DNA of 64,000 nucleotides, taken from NCBI GenBank assembly GCA_904063045.1, contig CAJFCJ010000019.1, positions 434,001 to 498,000 on the forward strand, in the 5' to 3' direction. A program made the translations under genes and the position numbers. How positions within the stretch are numbered: position 1 is the stretch's first letter; the number at the start of each line of letters is the position of its first letter. The notes beneath the pieces are model-generated. The model was given only the letters and a program-made list of their open reading frames with translations. It was not told the origin of the DNA and searched no databases. Positions 11,010 to 19,143 of this stretch are shown one piece after another. This DNA comes from Dimorphilus gyrociliatus (Eukaryota; Animalia; Annelida).

Positions 11010-13652
11010 ATGGAGTTTGATGAACCAGTAACCGTAAAAAATTCAGTTTTATATCCAAATCGACTTTATTACAAAGACTTTCGTACGGGAAATAGAATTA
11101 ACTATAAAATACTCCGCAAATTTCAAAATTTATCGGATCATTTTGTGCAAAAAGAATTTTTATACGACGAGAGTCTTAATTTAAAAGAGGCTAAGCAATT
11201 GTTCGATAATAGAATTAGGGAGCTGGATGACGGAGGATTAGAAGCTGATCCCGAAAATTACTATATACCTTTTCTATATTCGACTAATAAACGAGGCCGG
11301 TGGCAAATTCAAGAAGATATTAATGCGGTAGGTAAAGCGAAATGGTTGAAAGGAGAAGATTACTCAATCTCATATAATGAACGACACATGGGAAATTTGA
11401 CTAGACCAAATGTCAAGCTACGTTGTAACAGAGATGGTATCGTCAAGAAGTCAAAAACGCTATCACGCCAAAGAGATTTAATGGATACAAATAAGCCAGA
11501 ATTGGATGAAGAATGTCCTGTTTCTATACAGTATTCCTTTTTTGCACCTGGTGTTATAACATCAAACTCAAAAAGTGGGTGTTCAAATGAGCTAACCGAC
11601 AAAGTTACTCTAACTCGCATGAGAAAAAGGAGAAACTGTTTTATTGAGAGAGAGAATCTTTCTACTGATTCTATTAGGCATATTTTTAGTCCACCCGACG
11701 AGATTGACTGCAAGAACCTAACTGACGATAAAGATACAGCTAGTCCTTCTAATTACTCACTCACCTTAAATGATTTCATAGTTGATCAGCAAAAGAACGA
11801 AAGAATTAAAAAGGGAAAACGATGTAAGAAAGGAAGAAAGCTCTCTTGGAAGAGTTTAGAAAAAAGTAGGCTAAAAGAAGAAGAAAAAGAAGAGATTGAA
11901 GAACTTGAAACATTTTTGGAGAGTAATTTAAATAAAGATAGCAGAGAAGAGATTACTTTTAAATTTATACTCCCAGCGAAATGTTATAAATCGTTTTTGA
12001 TTGACTGTTCCGAGGAAAATATTTATGTTCTAGATGCTGAAACTAATTCGCAGATGTTCTTGCTAGATTTTACGTATAAAATAAGAAACACTTTCCTAGA
12101 GTATGGCATGGATGAGAACGCCGTAAAAATGTTTCGATTTTTAGCACTAACCACCTTTCTTTGTGATAATGACAACATCATAATGAAAATGGTTTTATAT
12201 ACGAATATCAACTGCAATTCGACTTTAGCAAGCTTCGAAAATTTTAGCGAAAGCTTTAGTAGTGCAATTAATGAGGTTAATTATCATATTTTTTCATGGT
12301 TGCAAAGTTATTTACCTTTGAGAGAATTTTATGAAAAGACTGAATCGAAGAATAAGCAAAAAGGTGAAAAGGAATTGTTAAAATTGGTTCACGAAAGTGT
12401 GTTTGGCAATCAAATGTCTACAAACTACGAAGACGTGTGGTTAGGTAGTTTGAAGAATTATTGGGAAGAAAATAGACCAAAGCTCGAAGATCTTGATATT
12501 ACTTTATTAGAAGTTGACGACTGGAATATTCAATGCGATATTTGCATGGAACAATATGATACCTCCGAAGGTCTATCCCTAAAATGTAAACATTGGTTTT
12601 GCATTCATTGTTGGAAAGAACATTTGTCTATATTCAATTTCAATTGTCCCACTTGCCCAATGGTCAATTGTAAAGTTCAGGCTAGCCTTCCAGTGTATTT
12701 GGCTATTCTGAACTTTGATAGATTTATTACAATGGAAAAGAGAATAATTGAGAAAACAATTAAAAATGAAGCTTGGGTCTACTGCAAAAAGCCAAAATGT
12801 CAAAAACTAACTAAAATGCAAGGCATACAAAGTTCAACCGTTTTTTGTTCATGCTCAGAAAAATGGTGCAAACTTTGCGGTTTGGATGAGCATTGGCCTT
12901 CGTCTTGCAATCAATATCAATATTTTTTACAATTTCAGCAAAAGATTAAAAACCCGAGAAATGCTAATTTTGATGAATTAATTTTGATTGTCTCTGTCAG
13001 AAAATGTCCATTCTGTGGAGTTCTGATTGAAAAATTTGACGGCTGTAATGAGATGCTTTGTCTTTGTAAAAATTCATTTTGTTGGAAATGTTTATCTCCG
13101 TGGAGGCAATGCGTAAAAGGATGTAAGCAAAAGGAAAAGGAAAGTCAAGATATAATATTCACAAATGAAAAGTGTATAAAAACACTTCAATATAGACAGG
13201 CAATAAGGGAGGAGAAAATGTATCCCAAATTGAAGATGATATATTCACAAGTCGAGAAATATACAAGGCAAATGAATATTCCATTAAACGATTTCACCGA
13301 GGAAAATGTAACAGAAACTCTTGTCAACTCGACTTTTTTGTGCAAGCTAACCTCTTCATTGTTAAAAAATTGCGCCATCTATACGGGAACCTTAATTAGA
13401 GAGGATCTTCCATCAGAAATCTTAAGAAAATTGTCTAATCTACAAGAGTTACTTAATCGAGCTGAAACGTTCGAAATGAAATTACATAATTTAATTGAAC
13501 TAAACAATAGAATGGTGTTTAGAAAGTCCCGGCTCGAAAATGTTATTAAGACCCGAGAATCTTTAGATAAATTAGTAAAAGAAATAGTCTTCTCTTCCCG
13601 AGAATTACAAGGAAAAATGCAAATTTATAAACAAGATACAGCTGTTATCTGA
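11010..13652 (+). CDS. RBR E3 ubiquitin ligase, copy 2 (880 aa, intronless)
   Basis: Single ORF. RING1 CDIC..KCKHWFCIHCW..CPMVNC; IBR CKKPKC..CSCSEKWCKLCGLDEHWPSSC; Rcat CPFC..DGCNEMLCLCKNSFCWKC. N-terminal blocks shared with copy 1 (RTGN, NKR.RW, F.F.LP, FLLDF). Confidence 0.9.
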   Translation: MEFDEPVTVKNSVLYPNRLYYKDFRTGNRINYKILRKFQNLSDHFVQKEFLYDESLNLKEAKQLFDNRIRELDDGGLEADPENYYIPFLYSTNKRGRWQIQEDINAVGKAKWLKGEDYSISYNERHMGNLTRPNVKLRCNRDGIVKKSKTLSRQRDLMDTNKPELDEECPVSIQYSFFAPGVITSNSKSGCSNELTDKVTLTRMRKRRNCFIERENLSTDSIRHIFSPPDEIDCKNLTDDKDTASPSNYSLTLNDFIVDQQKNERIKKGKRCKKGRKLSWKSLEKSRLKEEEKEEIEELETFLESNLNKDSREEITFKFILPAKCYKSFLIDCSEENIYVLDAETNSQMFLLDFTYKIRNTFLEYGMDENAVKMFRFLALTTFLCDNDNIIMKMVLYTNINCNSTLASFENFSESFSSAINEVNYHIFSWLQSYLPLREFYEKTESKNKQKGEKELLKLVHESVFGNQMSTNYEDVWLGSLKNYWEENRPKLEDLDITLLEVDDWNIQCDICMEQYDTSEGLSLKCKHWFCIHCWKEHLSIFNFNCPTCPMVNCKVQASLPVYLAILNFDRFITMEKRIIEKTIKNEAWVYCKKPKCQKLTKMQGIQSSTVFCSCSEKWCKLCGLDEHWPSSCNQYQYFLQFQQKIKNPRNANFDELILIVSVRKCPFCGVLIEKFDGCNEMLCLCKNSFCWKCLSPWRQCVKGCKQKEKESQDIIFTNEKCIKTLQYRQAIREEKMYPKLKMIYSQVEKYTRQMNIPLNDFTEENVTETLVNSTFLCKLTSSLLKNCAIYTGTLIREDLPSEILRKLSNLQELLNRAETFEMKLHNLIELNNRMVFRKSRLENVIKTRESLDKLVKEIVFSSRELQGKMQIYKQDTAVI

Positions 13653-14089
13653 TATTATTCATCAAGAAAAAAATATACAATATACTGTCTACACTATATC
13701 AAATTTTTCGTATGGAAATAATAACAGAAATATAGTATATTATTGATGTTATGCGTAAATAAAGTAGATTGTATAGTTAAAAGAAAAAACAAGAGAGGTT
13801 TAACGTAGCCTTTTTATTCTCTCTCTCTTTATTCTTCTCTTATAAATGAATGAAACGGGATAGAAAATTTAGAGAAATATTTATTTAACTGATGAGGGAA
13901 TGGACTAAAATAAACTATGATTTTCTTTTCCCCTTCAAAAGAGAAAAGAATGTTACTGTTATTTTTTTGCTATACAATATTAATCACTATTTTCTTTCTT
14001 TCTTTTTCTAAGTTATTAAAGCTAATCGGACTCTTCATCTTCAGCCTAGAAAAGAGATAATTGTATGCATAGATTAATCAAATAAGATA

Positions 14090-15109
14090 TTACATAATGT
14101 TTAGATGACTTACATTGACGATAAGAGGAGTTGTTTGTTGATTGAACCGTTCTAAATGAGGTATTATGGCTGTCCAAAGTTTATCCTCCCTAATTTTAAA
14201 CCCTTTCGGTGAACATCCTAAAGGACCAACAGTTTTTGAACACATAAGAATCGACAAAAGGATAAATGATATAAAATGATACATCAAGTTAAATTGTACA
14301 GAATTAGCATCCATTAAATGATAGCGAACTAGATTCCAACCACCATACCAGAACGTTAAAGTACAAATTGCACCTAACGAGGCTATTGATTGACGTAATA
14401 TGAATTGATAAACATTATTTGATCTTTCGTAAACGTTACAGAGTTTATATTGAATAAGATGTATAAATATGGCTAGAATATAGCCAAATAATGTAAATAG
14501 TCCATAAACAATTAGTTTATTTGACTTATTGAAGGTGTAATTTAGAATATTCCAAACTGAACGCCATATTTGAATTGCTGGTGTTGTGACTATAAACAAA
14601 GTAGCAAGAGAATCCAATGGAAATGTTAAATAATATTTTGACCAGGGTTGAGTATTAAATAAAGTATGAACTTGAAATACTGTTTGTAAATCATCAACTT
14701 CTATGAGTACTGGAGTGAAGTGAGATGCGTGAAGGCTTCGTAGGATAATTAGTAAGATAAATGATACTATCATCAAGATTATACTGGAAATTAGTCCTTT
14801 TCCAATAACTTCATCCCCAAACCACCAAATTCCTTTCCATAGTATTACAGTTGAACAGGCTGTGAAATATATTAGAAAACAACTGGCGATACGCCTACTA
14901 AATATGTTTGTCGGAAGTAAACCACTCTCAACTAACGGTGTTGCAATGTAACAACAAAACATAAAAGCATAACTCGCGTATAATAATAAATACGGTTTAA
15001 TATTGTAAAAACTACAAAATAATTCAACTAATCTAAATGATCCAGCCCAGAAGAATACACTTAAAATTGAAACAAGTGTCAGAGAAATTATTCTTAAAGA
15101 CCTTGACAT
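14090..15109 (-). CDS. Intronless polytopic membrane protein (~8 TM), Fuseless-family-like
   Basis: 339-aa ATG-started ORF made of four repeated hydrophobic units, each with a W-x-G/S-x-W/F motif (FWAGSF, LWKGIW, IWRSVW, FWYGGW). This is the pattern I recall for Drosophila Fuseless; the family call is from memory. Confidence 0.6.
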   Translation of the reverse strand: MSRSLRIISLTLVSILSVFFWAGSFRLVELFCSFYNIKPYLLLYASYAFMFCCYIATPLVESGLLPTNIFSRRIASCFLIYFTACSTVILWKGIWWFGDEVIGKGLISSIILMIVSFILLIILRSLHASHFTPVLIEVDDLQTVFQVHTLFNTQPWSKYYLTFPLDSLATLFIVTTPAIQIWRSVWNILNYTFNKSNKLIVYGLFTLFGYILAIFIHLIQYKLCNVYERSNNVYQFILRQSIASLGAICTLTFWYGGWNLVRYHLMDANSVQFNLMYHFISFILLSILMCSKTVGPLGCSPKGFKIREDKLWTAIIPHLERFNQQTTPLIVNVSHLNIM

Positions 15110-15690
15110 TTCTTTACTATCCTCCAGATGTCGTTAGCTCATCGTCGATAATTATGTATTCCCTGTACATTTTCTTAAATAAGATTAATCTCGATTTTAA
15201 AGATGATTTTAAAGAGACTTTTACTTTGATAATTTATTGTTCGTTGTAAATGGCTTACTTTCGTATAAATGCCATTAATTTTCATTCTAACCCAACTGGG
15301 AAAAAGAGAAAAGGGGTACAAAGGTCTTCAAAGGCAAAAAACAGAAGAGAGGGAGAGGTCGTCTTCTACTAATAAATTAAAGTAGGAAGAATTCAGTATT
15401 TCTTTATGAAAAAGATTTCTAAAGAATAAGTCGATAGACGGATATTCCTTTACATTAGTAAATCATTCTTAGATCGAAAAGCTTTTAGACAAGAAAACAA
15501 ATGAACATTTCAAGGAATACAGAATTTTAAAGATAAAATACTTTTTACTATATCCGTCTTTTTACGCTAAAAGCATTGATAAACACTTGGTTCACTTAAA
15601 AAATAGGGTAATGTTTAAACACATATTTAAAATTTTCAACTTATCCAGTTTTACCCGTTTTCGTTCTGAGCTTGAATATTTTCCTTTTTT

Positions 15691-15772
15691 GTTATGCAAT
15701 ATTCAAAAATAGAAATATATTGACCAATAAGAATCGTCAATAAATATCTATAACTTTACGGAGTTGTGCAAT
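15691..15772 (+). promoter_or_regulatory. C/EBP-type sites and CCAAT upstream of RBR copy 3
   Basis: GTTATGCAAT 15691-15700, CCAAT 15724-15728, GTTGTGCAAT 15763-15772. Confidence 0.5.
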
Positions 15773-15827
15773 CTATTAATATAAAATAGAAGTTCAATGT
15801 TATGTAAATATTTTTCATAATTTAAGA

Positions 15828-18302
15828 ATGAGCACAATGTTGTCCGATGAACGGCGGGAAGGAAATTCTTTAAATCTCACAACTACAGTTTTAACAGAAA
15901 CGAATTCAAATTGTCAGGAAGTTAATAATGAGGAAAATGATAAACATCTTATAAGATTGTGTATCTATTCATTGTATGCAATTTACGTATGGACTATCGT
16001 CGTAAGGTCTGTTCAATTAGGTTTAAGAGATGTTGAACAAAGATTATTTGTGAAAGTATCAAATAAAAGGTCTAAGAAACGACATTTGAATTTGCGTAAA
16101 ACAATTAAAGAGTATTCTCATGAAAATCAATTCAAAAATCGCTCAAACTTTCATATAAACTCGCAAGATTATTGTCAATTCAATGATAATAGCTATGATG
16201 ACATTTTTCATCAACCTCTTCCCGAGAAGTTTTCAAAGTTTCGTCAGAGGAAACGGGAGAAAAAATATTGCAAGAGAGACAGAGATGATCTTTCATATTC
16301 TACTGAACAACAAAGATCTTTAACTAAAGAACATAAACGAGCTATCTGTAAACAATCTTTTAAAGATCTAGACTCTTTTTTATATTATCTAGATGACCTT
16401 CTCACAATGTTGAAGTTAAAGAACAGGAAGAAAATGATGTCAACGATGACACTTCTGATCAAGTTCGTCATGTCAGCTATTTAAGTGATTTCATTCAAGA
16501 AAATCATACCAGAAAGAAATCATGTGATAAGTATCGAAAGAGAATTTCTATCCTACCTATTAAACCGATTCGATGGGTTATACACCTAGCAGAGAATCTA
16601 CCAACAGTTATAAAGAACACTGATGAAAAGCTATTAAACAATTACACTTCTATAAACTTTGAATTTTTTCTGCCGTTCAATTGTTCATTTTCCCTTGCCG
16701 ATTGCGACATAGAAGATATTCCTATCATTGATGGTCAGAGTACGCCTCCTCTCCATCTTCTAGACTTTTCATCTTATATACGTACTATTCTTCTAGCCAG
16801 AGGAGATCTCTCAAGACGCAAGGATCTGGCTAGAGCTCTTATTTTTATGAAATATCAAAGATGTGAAGAGGTAGTAAATATTAAAATGAATTTTGCCCCG
16901 AATATTGCCTCAAGCAATAGTCCATCTACTATAAAGCCTTTTCATGTAGTAAACTTTAAAGAACTCATCGATATAGTAAAGCAAACGATAAATGACTGGC
17001 TAAAGAAGGCAATCCTAATAAATGTATTAGATATTTGTGATTTACAAACAGGCTGCAACAGAGTTCAAGTAGAGATAAAGTTGGGTGATTTGGTTAATGA
17101 AAACTTAGGAATATCTCCTAATTTTGTTTTAAAAGAAAAGATATATTACTTAAGTATACTGGAATACTGGAATAGAAATAAAATAGACTTGAACGATGTA
17201 AATATAATGATGGTGTCGAAAAATAACCGTATTTGTAATAGTAGTAATATCAGAAGTGTTGTATGTAATATTTGCTACATGAAGAAAGATAACAATGAGA
17301 TTATAGCATTAAAATGTAATCATGAATTTTGCATAGCCTGCTGGAAGAGCCATCTGAGAATATCCAATTCTGATATGTGCCCAGAATATAATTGTGTGGA
17401 GTACGTTAGTCTACCTGTGTATTTTTCACTGATGGATCTCAAATTATCAATTAAACGTGAAAGAGAGGTTGTAAATAAAATCAGTAGCAAACTTTGGTAT
17501 TCTTGTTGGAAGGATAATTGCCAATATATGATAAAAAAGAATGAAATGATAAATTCTTTAATGATTGAATGTTTATGTTCGGATAATTGTTGTTTCGATT
17601 GCGGTAAATCATATCATTGGCCAGCTTCTTGTAATCAACAAACCATATTCGAATCATACATTTTTATCGATGTATTACGAAATTCAATTCAATCTCTAAG
17701 GCTTGTTTGTCAAGTTAAAACTTGTCCAAATTGTAAACGTATGTTTGAAAAGATGGGAGGCTGTGATTCAATGAGTTGTATCTGTGGAATAGCATTTTGT
17801 TGGAAATGGTCAAAGGAAATAAAAGGAAATCATCATAGAATTTGTTTATCTGTTGTTAAGCCTGAAGAATTTATCTTCGAAAAGATACGGCTTGTTTCGG
17901 AGTCCTATTACATTGCTGTTGCCTTGACAAAGTCTCTAAAAAATCTCACCTACAAATCTCAAGAATAGATTAAAACTTCGACAAAATGATCAAAGGCAAA
18001 TTTATGATGAAAAATTAAAAACTAGTATTAAGAAGGAATTACCGTATAGAGAGCTTATTTTAAGAAACATAGCAATTTTCCTAGGAATATGCAACTTGAA
18101 TATTAAGTTACCAAATGATATTTTAATTGATATTAATGACCTAAAAAAACAACTACAATTAACTTACAATTTATATCTGTCTTTGAAACGTGAACTATTC
18201 ATTCAAAGAGAAAAGATCTTCTATCAATCAATGAAAAGATTGAAATACTTTGAAGAAAAATTTAATATTGAATTTAAAAGGACAATTCAGTTATCTTCTT
18301 AA
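15828..18302 (+). pseudogene. RBR E3 ligase copy 3, broken by two frameshifts (or assembly indels)
   Basis: Frame changes near 16395-16405; the RBR-homologous frame is open from 16397 (..SYLSDFIQ..NFEFFLP..) through RING1-IBR-Rcat to TAG at 17966-17968. Homology to the copy 4 C-terminus (YRELILRNIAIFLG vs YKELFLIKNMAIFLG) resumes in another frame from ~17940-17965 to 18302. Rcat reads FCWKW rather than FCWxC. Confidence 0.75.
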
Positions 18303-18974
18303 TTAAAATATAATAAACAATTCGAATTTCAATTATAAAAAATTACTCTTTTTTCTATTTCAAGTATTAATAATCCAATAATTAATCCTATAAAGAATAG
18401 CGTAGGCTCAAATATTCAAATAGGCTGAGGTTATGTAATCATTCATTCGTTCGTTTGTTTAATTATATATGCTATAGGCCTATAAATTGGCGAATAATTC
18501 TGAGCAATAAATTCTTAAAAATCAGCATTATTTTTTAAAAATGCAAACTAAAATATATTTAATAATTCTGTTAATTGCTCTATAGACTAAGAATTCCCTT
18601 GGTATTTGATTCGTTTGTAGAGTTTAGATAGTTATCTCGCATTTGAAGAAAAACAAACAAAGTCATAAGCAAAGGACGTATTTAACAATGATAATTGTTT
18701 TTTTTTTTGTAACAATTAGCAGACTTTCAGCGTTATTGATAATATAAGTTTAACATATAACAAAAATGGAGGATCATTTCAAAAAAGAACAATTCCATAA
18801 TTTATTTCTATTATCGCTCTTTTTTTATTACTAGGAAAGTGTTTACAATATTCGAGATGGTAAACAAATATTAAAAAGAATTTCTTTAAGAACTTATTAC
18901 CTTTTGCTATTAAGTGGATTAAACTAATAAGTTTAATAAATTTAATAAAATGATATTGTTTATTATTAAGTTGA

Positions 18975-19042
18975 ATTGTGCAATAGCCGGTTCAGCCAAT
19001 CAGAAATATCTTAGGCTTACATTTTTCGCAAGCTTATGCAAT
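18975..19042 (+). promoter_or_regulatory. C/EBP-type site + CCAAT box module upstream of RBR copy 4
   Basis: ATTGTGCAAT (18975-18984), 9-nt spacer, AGCCAATCA (18994-19002); CTTATGCAAT at 19033-19042. Confidence 0.6.
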
Positions 19043-19143
19043 TCGTTTTGAAAGCCTTTCTCGACGTATATAACACGGCTAGAATAAACCAACTCATTTC
19101 ATTTCAATTAGAGTATCATAGGAAGAAGATAGATAGTATCATC

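Noticed and set aside
11360-13378. Antisense ORFs inside RBR copy 2 (and similar ones inside other long CDSs)
   Set aside because: Shadow ORFs produced by codon structure on the coding strand; no independent features.
16395-16410. Programmed -1 ribosomal frameshift in RBR copy 3
   Set aside because: No X XXY YYZ slippery site or obvious downstream structure, and a second compensating shift would also be required; mutation or assembly error is simpler.
19036-19143. Upstream ATG extension of RBR copy 4 given by the ORF track
   Set aside because: This ATG lies inside a C/EBP-like site only ~35 bp past the CCAAT box and has no counterpart in the paralogues; ATG 19144 aligns with their starts.
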